A stretch of DNA of 64,000 nt. Source: Candidatus Tectimicrobiota bacterium. Lineage in GTDB: Bacteria > JACPUC01. The notes under the pieces are model-generated. The model ran no database searches, was not told where the DNA came from, and saw only the letters and a list, made by a program, of their open reading frames with translations. A program made the translations under genes and the position numbers. The stretch spans positions 1 through 64,000 of the forward strand of contig JACPUC010000011.1 in the NCBI GenBank assembly GCA_016192455.1, written 5' to 3'. Below, one piece after another: positions 1 through 9,228 of the stretch. Position 1 is the stretch's first letter. Each line of letters starts with the position of its first letter.

Positions 1-147
1 GCCGCGACGATCACCTGGCAGGTCGCATCGACGGCGGCCTGGGCGTTGTAGCTCTGCTCGAAGCTCTTGGTAGCACCATCGCGCATAATGCGCGAGTCGG
101 GATCGGTGAAGTTGCGCTGGGCCTTGTCGGGCGGCGTGCCGCGCGGC
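1..147 (-). mobile_element. IS1182-family transposase internal fragment (runs off window edge)
   Basis: Minus-strand translation PRGTPPDKAQRNFTDPDSRIMRDGATKSFEQSYNAQAAVDATCQVIVA has the TDPD..YNxQ signature of IS1182 DDE transposases; no start or IR visible. Confidence 0.75.
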
Positions 148-405
148 GCGGCGTAAGAGCGGCTCCAGTGACGCGTCGATCGCGATGGCCGCTCCACCGA
201 CCTCCCGTAGATCATGGGTCTTGCGGAAGGCGCGTTCGTGCCACACAAGGAAGCCCTTGCTGCTCTTCTCCGCTGCCTGCTGAGCGTGAAACAACGCATC
301 TTCCACAAGCGGCGGGCTGGCAGTCAACGCGTGCTCCCCGGCACGCAGGTCCTCGCGCGCCTTGGCGAACCAGCGACGCGCCTCTTCGTCCCGCTCAGCC
401 GGCAT
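148..405 (-). pseudogene. HEPN-domain protein, 3'-truncated at junction with transposase fragment
   Basis: ATG at 405 overlaps the MNT stop; MPAERDEEARRWFAKAREDL...FHAQQAAEKSSKGFL...RKTHDL, paralogous to 727-1140; homology stops at about 148. Confidence 0.8.
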
Positions 406-730
406 AGAGCATCCGTCCCTCCGCCTGAACGGTGGCGGTCAGCGACCTTCGCACCGATGACCGCGACTCGAACTCCTCGCGCGTCAACACGAGGACGTCC
501 GCCGCGGTCCAGATGCCCCAGAGCGCTTCCTGGGCATCCTGCGCCCTGCGATAGGGCGGGTCCTGCGACTCTCTCACCACCACCAGCAGGTCGTAGTCGC
601 TGTCCGGCCCCTCCTCTCCCCGCGCCTTTGAGCCGAACAGGTAGATGCGCTCCGGGCGCAGCGTTGCGACGAGCCGTTCCACCATCTCGCGCAACACGGG
701 GTCTTGGTGGAGCAGTGGATCGCGCTTCAT
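395..730 (-). CDS. Minimal nucleotidyltransferase (MNT) antitoxin
   Basis: IYLFGSKARG..DSDYDLLVV (GSx10DxD); start MKRDPLL overlaps the upstream HEPN stop. Confidence 0.9.
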   Translation of the reverse strand: MKRDPLLHQDPVLREMVERLVATLRPERIYLFGSKARGEEGPDSDYDLLVVVRESQDPPYRRAQDAQEALWGIWTAADVLVLTREEFESRSSVRRSLTATVQAEGRMLYAG

Positions 731-1140
731 GGCCGCGCCTCCTGCGGCAGGCGGGCCAGGATCGCCTCGTAGACCTCGCGGGCAAGCCCGAGCGCTTCTT
801 CTGCCTCCTCGCGCAAGGGCTCTTCTGGCTCGCCGGGGTAACGGAACACCCAGGCGTAGACTGTCAGCCGGTCGGCTCTTCTCCACAGCGGATGGAGAGA
901 GGCATCGAGCTCAGCGCATGCACTGCCGATTTCGGCGAGGTCATGGGTGCGGCGGAACGGACGGTCGCGCCAGAAGAGAAACGCTTTCAGCGCCTTCTCG
1001 GCGGCCTGTTGGGCGTGAAACACGGCGCCGCCCAAGACTGGAGGCTTGGCTTGCAAGGCGATGTCGCCCAGTCGCAGGTCTTCGGCGGCCTTCTTGAGCC
1101 ATGCCATCGTCTCGGCGATCCGGATAGGATCATGCGGCAT
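727..1140 (-). CDS. HEPN-domain protein (MNT-HEPN toxin)
   Basis: WLKKAAEDL..FHAQQAAEKALKAFL..RTHDL..RYPG. Confidence 0.9.
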   Translation of the reverse strand: MPHDPIRIAETMAWLKKAAEDLRLGDIALQAKPPVLGGAVFHAQQAAEKALKAFLFWRDRPFRRTHDLAEIGSACAELDASLHPLWRRADRLTVYAWVFRYPGEPEEPLREEAEEALGLAREVYEAILARLPQEARP

Positions 1141-1462
1141 GGAGCAACCTCCCCTCCCGCACCACAGTGGCCGGCAGCGAGGCAGCCAGATGCAACCGAC
1201 TGTCGAAGCGCTCCTTCGTCCATACCAGGATGTCCGCGGCCGTGCCGAGGTCCCAAAGCAGCGCATGGGCGGCCTGGGAGATGTGGTATCCGGGCGCACT
1301 GGCCTCTCGCACAATCATCATGAGGTCGTAGTCGCTGTCCGGCCCTGCGTCGCCACGCGCCTTCGAGCCGAAGAGGTAGATGCGCTCGGGCTGGTAGGCC
1401 TCCACCAGCCGCCGCACAATCTCGGCCAGTTTCGGATCCTTCTCCAGGATTGGGTCGGTCAT
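1130..1462 (-). CDS. MNT antitoxin
   Basis: IYLFGSKARGDAGPDSDYD; GGAGG RBS; overlaps the HEPN start. Confidence 0.9.
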   Translation of the reverse strand: MTDPILEKDPKLAEIVRRLVEAYQPERIYLFGSKARGDAGPDSDYDLMMIVREASAPGYHISQAAHALLWDLGTAADILVWTKERFDSRLHLAASLPATVVREGRLLHAA

Positions 1463-1840
1463 GCCCGTACCTCCGCTTTCCGTTTCTCTGTCATGCTCCC
1501 AAGGGGTCTCGGCACCGTGATCGCTTGCCGCCGCAAGGCATCCCTCTCTTGTGGTCTCTTGGGGCCAACGAGACGAACTGCCCTGAGCCGGGGATCAGGG
1601 CGCGGCTCCGCGCGCGCAAGGACGAACATGGCGGCAAAAGCGCCAAGCCGAAGGCGCGCGACGCCTTGCGGCGTTTCTTGTCGTCGAGCGCGCGCAGGTC
1701 AGCAAAAGAACGCAGGAACATCCACGACTGCTGCGTGACCATGGCGACGCGCCCGCGTTCAGCCGCAAGCTCCACGCAGCGGAGGATAAAGGCCGCGCAC
1801 AGGTCGCGCTTGCCCGACGGGAACGTGGCGTTCAGGTGGC
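1459..1840 (-). pseudogene. Fragment of BREX PglX/Eco57I-like adenine methyltransferase (frameshifted)
   Basis: FPSGKRDLCAAFILRCVELAAERGRVAMVTQQSWMFLRSFADLR resembles the post-NPPY region of PglX; a second frame continues MFVLARAEP..RLVGPK and its stop overlaps the MNT ATG. Confidence 0.65.
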
Positions 1841-2164
1841 ACGGTAGAGTTCCTTGCCTTCTTCCAGCGCCGGGCAAATCACCAGGGATGGCTCATCGGC
1901 GTAATCGCGGACATCGGATTCCGTGACCACAACAAGGTCTTTCGACATATCGAAATCGTGGAGGGTGCGGTAAAGGTGCCGCGCCGTCTGCCGGCGGTGC
2001 ACGCCGTCCGGCATCACCACCAGCACATCGAGATCGCTGTGCGGCCCCATCTGGCCCCTCGCGGCTGAGCCAAACAGAACGATGCGGTGGGGATGCACGG
2101 CTTCCACGATGCGCCGCACCAGCTCGTCGAGGATTTCCTGGCTGGCGGTCGAAGGGGTGCTCAT
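1832..2164 (-). CDS. MNT antitoxin (cognate HEPN apparently deleted)
   Basis: IVLFGSAARGQMGPHSDLDVLVV. Confidence 0.85.
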   Translation of the reverse strand: MSTPSTASQEILDELVRRIVEAVHPHRIVLFGSAARGQMGPHSDLDVLVVMPDGVHRRQTARHLYRTLHDFDMSKDLVVVTESDVRDYADEPSLVICPALEEGKELYRAT

Positions 2165-2289
2165 GCGAAGGCTCCGTTCACGAACGCACTGCATGTAGGA
2201 CACGACGGATTCTACCGCAGGCGTTTGCTCCAAGTCGAGCGTTTGATGAGCGGGCGAGGAGGCTGGCCCTTGAGTTCCATCACGTCGTT

Positions 2290-2410
2290 CGGCGAGCTGC
2301 GCAGCAGTTCTCGCGGGCAGGGGGCGCCTGTCTGCGTGCGGCCTGCCCGCACAGGCAGGTGGGGGAGCGATGGTCCCCCACAAGGAATCCCCCTTCCAAT
2401 GCTTCCCCCA
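2290..2410 (-). repeat. Partial copy of modular MITE-like repeat (family A)
   Basis: GTGGGGGACCATCGCTCCCCCAC hairpin plus CTGCTGCGCAGCTCGC shared with the 17770 and 36079 copies. Confidence 0.6.
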
Positions 2411-2454
2411 GGAACTAGGACTGAACTCCGGCACGGCGCCGGGATACGCGCTCC

Positions 2455-2664
2455 TCAGCCAAGGCCCCCATACACCTCCAGCGATTCAAGATGCTTCGCC
2501 AGCTCCTTGTGCCGGATGCGCCACTCGCCACCCAGCTTGAACGCCCCCGGCAGCCGCCCGCTCCGGCACATCCGCTGCACCGTCAGTGGACTCCGCACCA
2601 AGAACTCCGCCATATCCTCAACGTCGTAGAGAACAGTTTCCGCTTTTAGACCGGTCTTGTTCAT
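2455..2664 (-). CDS. Excisionase-like helix-turn-helix protein (HTH_17/MerR-like)
   Basis: LYDVEDMAEFLVRSPLTVQRMCRSGRLPGAFKLGGEWRI; start could be 2673. Confidence 0.8.
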   Translation of the reverse strand: MNKTGLKAETVLYDVEDMAEFLVRSPLTVQRMCRSGRLPGAFKLGGEWRIRHKELAKHLESLEVYGGLG

Positions 2665-3094
2665 ATTGACCATCCCTATCAATAGGTATTGCCACGTTGC
2701 CGTTCGTCCACTCCGCATCGTCCCTTGCCATGTATTCTACACCTGATCGTCGAGCAATGGTCACCTTGATTTCAAGCAATTTCTCCGCGGACCAACGCGT
2801 AGACAACGCAACATCATGAACGACCAAAAATCACCCCTTTTTGCACCCCTGATGATTCTTCTAACCATTGACCGTAACGAGAGTTACACCAACCTGTGGG
2901 ACCCGGGTTTGAACGAAACCAAAATGTAAGCATGATTTATTAAATTTCCTGCTCTCGCGGCCCGCCCACAACCATTAGAAACAATCCAGTCTACTCCGAA
3001 AAACTGCTCTCTCCCCTCGAAGACCTACTGTGTAAAGCAACACCAGCCCAGGAAAGCGGGAAAAATTCTGATGCCTCGTTCATGTAGGATTCTG

Positions 3095-3679
3095 TCAGCC
3101 GCCGTCGTGCAGAGAAGCAATACTGAAGAGGACACGAAATGGCTTGCAGTAGATCACGACACTCTGCTGGGAGGCCACACTCACGTTGGAGGGAAGGACG
3201 TAATTCTGGTTGCCGATGTTGCCCTTCAGGTTGCCAAGATCAAGATAGCCCTTGATGTCGTCCCGGCTCTCGGGATTGGGGTGCTGTGAGAGCAAGACGT
3301 GCAGGGCGGGGCCATTGGTGACCTTGAAGTTCTCCAAGCGCAGGAAGTAGGAGCCATCCGGCAGGCGGTAGATTGTCGCTCGGCCACTACCTTTATGGAT
3401 TGCGTCGGCGTCGCGGAAGCTGCCGCTCTTAATCTTCTCCGCCGACACCATCGCGCTCAACATCGGCTCTTCCATCGGCTCATCGACCTTGGCAAGCCCG
3501 GCCATAACCTGCTCTACTTCGCCGCGCTTCATATTTTCGGGAACCACAGCCGTCGCGGAAAACGGGAACTCCTCCCGCACCGTCTTACTGATGAAAAGAG
3601 GTGAGATGAGCCACCAAGCGAGCGGCCCCACAACCACGAGGATGATCGCGATGATCATCCACAGCTTCCGGCCGCGCAC
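3095..3679 (-). CDS. DM13-domain membrane-anchored protein
   Basis: N-terminal TM; HKGSG..LRLENF..NGPALHVLL..LGNLKGNIGNQNY..VVIYC; AGGAGG RBS, GTG start. Confidence 0.85.
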   Translation of the reverse strand: MRGRKLWMIIAIILVVVGPLAWWLISPLFISKTVREEFPFSATAVVPENMKRGEVEQVMAGLAKVDEPMEEPMLSAMVSAEKIKSGSFRDADAIHKGSGRATIYRLPDGSYFLRLENFKVTNGPALHVLLSQHPNPESRDDIKGYLDLGNLKGNIGNQNYVLPSNVSVASQQSVVIYCKPFRVLFSIASLHDGG

Positions 3680-4471
3680 AAGCGCATCCTCCTAATCTTA
3701 GCGGAGATTCCCCAGGTGACCTCTGCCTCGTTCCAACAGCAGTCGTTCTCCGGGCCGTGCTCTTACATCTGTTGGCGCCATACACGCTATGGCTGCGATC
3801 ATTGATCTCCACCAGCCTCACAGAGAGCTTTCTCGCAACCTTCCCAACCCCGCACCTCATCGCTCAGGAACTCAGCGTATCCTCTGACTGTCCTCTGTGA
3901 ACGCGGGGTAGAATCCGCAATTCATCATACGCGTCATTCCCTTCCTGGTAAAGACGAAAGATGGTCGTGTTGTAGTAGTCCCGAAAGATTGGAGGCTTGG
4001 AAAACGGAAGCGCAGGCTATCCAGCCAGGAGGTCCCGATGGGGAGCACCGTCAGGATAGGAACACCTTCTAGGACCTCTCTGCCGGTTTTCTAGGCTCAC
4101 GCAGTAACACGAGATCTTTTAGCATTCCCCATACCTGGGAAGAAGGAATGGCTTCGCCGTCGGAGCCGCTCATTTCAAGGGGGGTTTACGGGAGGAGCTA
4201 TGACTCGTCGACCTTGGCGGCGGCGAAAGTAGCGCGCAGTCACTTGAGCCAAGGGGCGAATCGCCAGCTCCATAGCTGGCGCTCTACGGATCATTTCTCG
4301 ACAGAAGACGGCTGGGCTTTGATCCGCCTCTGCGCAGCCTGACGGCTGTGAAGATGTGATTGGTTCTTTTGTGTTGGGCTGCCGTTGCCCTCATCGGCAT
4401 GGCGCCTTTCATGCGCCGCCATCAGTCCGGAGCACCCTGGCCGGGGGCGCTGCCGCGGCTGGGGGCCGGGG

Positions 4472-5146
4472 TCAGGTGCGCCCGGCGGTGTTCTTCACGT
4501 AGCTCCAAAAGCGCAGGGTGGCCTTCTTGCCAAGTTTGTAGCTGCGGTCCAGCTCCTCCTTGCTGAGCGGCACGTGCGTGCCGATCTGCATGGCCTGGTA
4601 CTGGAAACGGGCATTCTCCTCCAGGTAGTAGCATCCCGAGACGCAGGCCGACAGCTCCTCTCCCACCACGACGCAGCCATGACCGCGCATGATGACGGCG
4701 CGCCCGCCGGCCAGGGACCGCGCGAGGGCCTGTCCCTGCTCGCGCGTCACCACCAGGTCGGGATCGGGGTGCACGTTGATGCCGTCGCGGAAGATGGCTG
4801 CCAGGAAGAGCACCGGCTCCAGCTTCACGCCGGCGATCGGGAAGGTGGTGGCGATGGGGGCGTGGAAGTGGCAGATGCTCTGCACATCAGGCCGCGCCTT
4901 GTAAATCTCGGTATGGATGACGATCTCCGCCGGGACGACGTCGTTGCCGTCCACCACCTTCCCCTCCAGATCGACCGTCAGGAGCTGCTCGGCCCGCACG
5001 TCGCGCGCCAAGACGTTCAGTGGGTTGATCAGGAAACGCTGGCCGTCGTCGAGCCGCAGGCTGAGGTGGCCGGTGGCGCTGAGGAGCTTCTCCTGGTAGA
5101 GGAAGCGCACGGACATCGCCAGGTCTTCACGTTGTTGATCGCTCAT
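4472..5146 (-). CDS. Class II aldolase/adducin family protein
   Basis: GHLS..EIVIHTEIYKARPDVQSICHFH..MRGHG. Confidence 0.9.
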   Translation of the reverse strand: MSDQQREDLAMSVRFLYQEKLLSATGHLSLRLDDGQRFLINPLNVLARDVRAEQLLTVDLEGKVVDGNDVVPAEIVIHTEIYKARPDVQSICHFHAPIATTFPIAGVKLEPVLFLAAIFRDGINVHPDPDLVVTREQGQALARSLAGGRAVIMRGHGCVVVGEELSACVSGCYYLEENARFQYQAMQIGTHVPLSKEELDRSYKLGKKATLRFWSYVKNTAGRT

Positions 5147-5491
5147 CGTCTCCCCCTTCGTAGAGAATCGGGTGAACCGCGGGCTGGAGGCAGGAAGCGC
5201 CTGGCGTGGGGAAGAACCGGCGTCCCAGCCGCACTTCCAAGTTGACCTGCGCCGTGCCGTGGCCTACACTCCTCCGCGCGTGCTTCTCTCCCCGCGGGCG
5301 AAAGCAGCAACGACGGAGCGTCGCGCCGTGGCGGCGCGGAGGTGGAGAGGCGGTCTGTGCGCCGCACTCGTCCCGCCGGCAAGGCTGCCGAGACTCTGGA
5401 CCGACGAGGGCGCCGCCAGGAGAGGGCGACCCCGGCCGGCGCCGCGCCGTGCTCGCCATTCTAGTGGTAGCGCATTCGTTGGGGCTTGGCA

Positions 5492-6148
5492 ATGACGAAC
5501 CAGGACACCATGCTCGCCAAGCTTTATGCGCAGGCCCGCGCCGAGGTCCGCGCGGCGGTTGACTCCCCCTTGCGCGGAGAGGTGGAGCAGCTCTACGCGG
5601 CGGTCCTCGACGATGCCATGAATCCCCTCAGCTATATTGACCTGCTGCGCACCTCGCAGGAGCGTTTCGGGGCGGCGCTGACCCATTTCCTCCTTGGGCT
5701 GCTGCAACAGCATCAGAGCGATCTTGTCCGCTGCTTCGAGGAGCTCCAGTGCGAGCAGCAGATGGATGCCGCGGCCAGGGGGTGGCTGGAGAGCTTCTGC
5801 CAGCGTTTCAGCTTCCCGCTGCGGCGCGCCCTCGAGGTGAGCCACCTGCCACAGCGATGGCGCCTCCTGGTCACCAACTTCGCTTTCTTCGATCTCCAGA
5901 AGCAGTTGCGCACGGAAACCTCCATCGTCCGAGCTGACGGAGCCAGCTTTCAGTTCCAGAGCATTGGGGAGGACTTCATCGCCCTCCTGCGCCACTGGAC
6001 GGAGAAACTGGTGGAGCTCTCGCAGCATGAGGAAGGTCAGCGGTTCGTGGACCGGAATGCGCAGGCAGTCAGGGCCATCCGCGACCTCTTCGATCGAGTT
6101 CTGCAGGCGCACCCTCCCCAATCGTTGCGCACTCCCAATCACAAGTAG
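5492..6148 (+). CDS. Hypothetical protein
   Basis: About 218-aa ORF with host-like GC3 bias and helical composition; no motif recognised. Confidence 0.7.
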   Translation: MTNQDTMLAKLYAQARAEVRAAVDSPLRGEVEQLYAAVLDDAMNPLSYIDLLRTSQERFGAALTHFLLGLLQQHQSDLVRCFEELQCEQQMDAAARGWLESFCQRFSFPLRRALEVSHLPQRWRLLVTNFAFFDLQKQLRTETSIVRADGASFQFQSIGEDFIALLRHWTEKLVELSQHEEGQRFVDRNAQAVRAIRDLFDRVLQAHPPQSLRTPNHK

Positions 6149-6169
6149 CTCATCGCTGCAAAATCAAGG

Positions 6170-6412
6170 AGCGTCGTCCCATCCTGAGTTGGGGGGACGT
6201 GGGAATCTCCAGGCAGTTCCCCATGGGCCTGCGGCCCGCCCGCAAGGTCATGAAAATAAGCGGACACTTCTTTCTCCGCAGGCTTCCATCCCATCGACCG
6301 TTGGGGCGGTTCGCGAACCGCCCCTACCATCGGCATGCAAGGTACCGTGGAGCGAGGCGGTTGTCGGTGAGCATCCGTGTCGAGCGCTGGTTCCTTTGCC
6401 TACCTTCTCTGG
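6170..6412 (-). repeat. Composite intergenic repeat family B (contains REP hairpin)
   Basis: Reverse complement closely matches about 40410-40606. Confidence 0.8.
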
Positions 6413-6638
6413 TGAAGGACACCGGCCACGGGAGCGGTGAAGCGCAGAGGGGCGGTGAGGCGGCGCGGCACGACGAGGCGGCGCCCTGGCGCGGGAGGCT
6501 GCTCCCCCATCGGCGCGGGCGGCAACCTGCGCGCCGGCGGGAGCGCGCAGCTCTTCGGCCGTGGGCGATCGGTCTGAACGCCGTGTCGAGCGTCGGGCAC
6601 TTCTTCAGCTACGGAAGGGCCGCCGCGTCGGAGCAGCC

Positions 6639-7991
6639 ATGCGGTCTACGAAGTTGCACGTCGATGCGATTCGCAAGTTGCTGATGGCCGGGGCGACCAG
6701 CCGGCTTGACCGCATGCTGGTGCGGCTGCGCCCGGCTGATTTGGCCAACCTCTTCGGAGAGCTGAGCCCCGGCGAAACGCGAGCCCTCGTCGAGGTCCTC
6801 TTCACGGCTGAGCGCGCCGGCATCACCATGCGCGAGCTGCCGCGCGAGATTCTTCCCGAAGTTCTCGAGGTGCTGGAGGACCAGCGCATCGCCAAGATCC
6901 TGGAGCGGATGGAGCCCGACGATGCGGCGTCGTTCCTCTTCGCCCTTGACGAGGAGCGCCGGGGACCCGTGCTCGAACTCGTTGCCGAGCCGCGGCAGCA
7001 GGAGCTGCGCTGGCACCTCCTTTACCCCGAGGAGTCCGCCGGCAGCGTCATGACCCCGCGGGTGATGGTCGTGCATCCCGACGACACCGCCGAGCAGGCG
7101 ATCGACATGATCCGCAAGCAGGGCGACAAGTTCGAGGCGGCCTCGTACCTCTACGTCATCGATGTCGACCGGCACCTCCTCGGGGTGGTGCCGTTGCGGC
7201 GCCTCATCGCCGCCTCGCCCGATCAGCCGATGCGCCAGCTCATGGTGGCGGACCCCGTCTCCGTGAACGCCTGGTCAGACCGCGAGGAGGCGGCGGCGAT
7301 CGTCTCCCGCTACAACCTCCTGTCGCTGCCGGTGGTGGATGAGCAGCTCCACCTCCTGGGCATCATCACGGTGGACGATGTCATCGATATCATCCAGGAG
7401 GAGGCCACCGAGGACTTCTACCGCATGGCGGGGCTCTCCGGAGAGGACCGCGTCTTCAGCCCCATCGGCCGTTCCATCGTCAAGCGCTATCCCTGGATGC
7501 TCGTGAACCTGGGCACGGCGCTGCTTGCGGCCTGGGTGGTGGGCCTCTTCCAGAACACCATCGCCCAGCTCGTGTCGCTGGCGGTGTTCATGCCGGTGGT
7601 GGCGGGGATGGGCGGGAATGGCGGCATCCAGGCGCTGACGGTGATGACGCGCGGCATCGCCCTGGGAGAACTGGAGTTTGCGCGCGTCTCGCACGCCTTC
7701 CTGAAGGAGCTGACCATCGGGCTGGCGATCGGCGCCGGCGTCGGCGCGCTCACGGCGCTCCTGCAGTACCTCTGGCAAGGCAACCCCTACCTGGGTCTGG
7801 TGCTCTTTCTCGCCATGACGATCACCATGATCACGGGTGGCATCATGGGGGCCGCCGTCCCCCTCTTTTTGCGAGCCATCGGCCGGGACCCGGCCATGGC
7901 CGCCGGCGTCATCGTCACCACCTTCACCGATGTCGTGGGGTTCTTCACCTTCCTTGGGCTTGCCACGCTGATGCTGACCTACTTCCAGTAG
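6639..7991 (+). CDS. mgtE: Magnesium transporter MgtE
   Basis: YPEESAGSVM CBS pair, GIITVDDVID, RYPWMLVNL, GMGGNGG, DPA..VTTFTD. Confidence 0.95.
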   Translation: MRSTKLHVDAIRKLLMAGATSRLDRMLVRLRPADLANLFGELSPGETRALVEVLFTAERAGITMRELPREILPEVLEVLEDQRIAKILERMEPDDAASFLFALDEERRGPVLELVAEPRQQELRWHLLYPEESAGSVMTPRVMVVHPDDTAEQAIDMIRKQGDKFEAASYLYVIDVDRHLLGVVPLRRLIAASPDQPMRQLMVADPVSVNAWSDREEAAAIVSRYNLLSLPVVDEQLHLLGIITVDDVIDIIQEEATEDFYRMAGLSGEDRVFSPIGRSIVKRYPWMLVNLGTALLAAWVVGLFQNTIAQLVSLAVFMPVVAGMGGNGGIQALTVMTRGIALGELEFARVSHAFLKELTIGLAIGAGVGALTALLQYLWQGNPYLGLVLFLAMTITMITGGIMGAAVPLFLRAIGRDPAMAAGVIVTTFTDVVGFFTFLGLATLMLTYFQ

Positions 7992-8065
7992 CTTATTCCC
8001 GCTTGGCGCGTCGGCGAGGGGCTTGCCCAGGCGCGCGGAGCGGTTGAACAAACAAGGAGACGCCA

Positions 8066-8578
8066 ATGGACGAGAAGGTGAGCAGCCGTTTCTCGCGCCA
8101 GGGCCACGAGCTCACCGTGGTCGTCGAGGCGAAGGCGCTGGAGAAACAGCGCAAGGAGGCCGAGGTCACCCTCGTGGCGCCGCCGGGCCGGACCTTCACC
8201 CTGCACTGCGACGAGGGGGCCTACCTCAACGGCGACGACACCGCCCCCCCGCCCCTGGCCTTCCTCTCCGCCTCCGTCGGCTTCTGACTCCTCACCCACG
8301 TGTCGCTGTATGCGACCATGCTGCGCCTCAACCTCAAGGCCGCGCGCGCCAGGGTGAGCGCCAGGTTCCATGGCGAGGGCTCGGTGCGGGCGGAGACCGT
8401 GCTGACGCACTGCACCGGCGTGGAGACGACCTTGGAGCTGGAGTCGGAGGATGACCCCGCCCAGCTTGCCAAGCTAGCGCGCGTCGCCGAGGCGGGGTGC
8501 TACGTCATCCAGTCCCTCCGCCACCCCACGGAGGTGGCTTACAAGGTAAGCCTGAACGGCACGCCTCTGTCGCTGTGA
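8066..8578 (+). CDS. OsmC/Ohr-family selenoprotein (Sec at TGA 8285-8287)
   Basis: ORFs 8066-8287 and 8300-8578 are in frame; DEG..G.DTAPPPLAFLSASVGF-TGA-LLT puts TGA at the first OsmC Cys; second Cys in AEAGCYV; SECIS-like hairpin follows. Confidence 0.85.
8299..8320 (+). promoter_or_regulatory. Putative bacterial SECIS element
   Basis: CGT-GTCGC[TGTAT]GCGAC-C-ATG hairpin; 19 nt between TGA and loop; GT at loop positions 2-3. Confidence 0.7.
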
Positions 8579-8673
8579 GCGCCGCGGCCACGTCGTCAGG
8601 TTCCACGGAGGAGGAGGCCGCTCCCGCCCCGTGGCTCCCGTCGGGCTGGGGCGGTCACCCTGCGATTCCGCGC

Positions 8674-9228
8674 CTACACCCGCCCTTTCTTCAGGAGGCA
8701 GAAGCCGTTGGACTCGACGAGCAGCGCGTGGTTGAACTTGCTGCGGAAGTTCTCGAAGGCGATCGTGGCGGTGAGTTCGACGAGCGCGGCGGGTGGAAAC
8801 TGCGCTTCGAGCTGCGCGAAGAGGGCGCCGTCCGCGTCCTGGTCGCTGCGGGTGATGCGCTCGGCGTAAGTGAGCGCCAGCTTCTCGCGGCGGTTGAAGA
8901 GGGGGCTGGCGGCATAGTCATGCACGGCGGCCACTTGCTCTTCACTCAACCCTTCTTGCATCCCACGGGACGCATTGATGTCCGCTCAGAAGGGGCAGCC
9001 GTTCAAGCCCGCCACGTAGGTGTAGATGAGGCTGCGCAGCTTCAGGTCGATGTTGCCCGCCTGCTCGATCCCCATGGTGAGCGCGGCGGCGCCCTTCAGG
9101 ATCGTTGGGCAGTAGCCCATGAGGCGGGTGGGATTGAGCACCGTGCCGAAGCGCGCCTCCTGCTGCCGCATCACCTCCCGCACCTCCGGCGCCGCCGTCT
9201 CGATGGTCAGCTCGCGTAGTCGTGGCAT
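8674..9228 (-). CDS. AhpD/carboxymuconolactone decarboxylase-family selenoprotein (CxxU, TGA 8988-8986)
   Basis: MPRL..VAGLNGCPF-TGA-ADINASRGMQEG.. in frame with 8674-8961 (REKLALTYAERIT..ELTATIAFENFRSKFN); GAGGAG RBS. Confidence 0.88.
8957..8974 (-). promoter_or_regulatory. Putative bacterial SECIS element
   Basis: TGCGTCC[CGTG]GGATGCA hairpin; 18 nt between TGA and loop. Confidence 0.7.

Noticed and set aside
3864-4245. Possible gene remnant and a 10-codon RBS-led ORF (MTRRPWRRRK)
   Set aside because: Interrupted by stops and no recognisable family; insufficient support
8066-9228. Four short separate ORFs or two nonsense pseudogenes
   Set aside because: Both stops are TGA at catalytic Cys positions with SECIS-like hairpins and intact downstream frames
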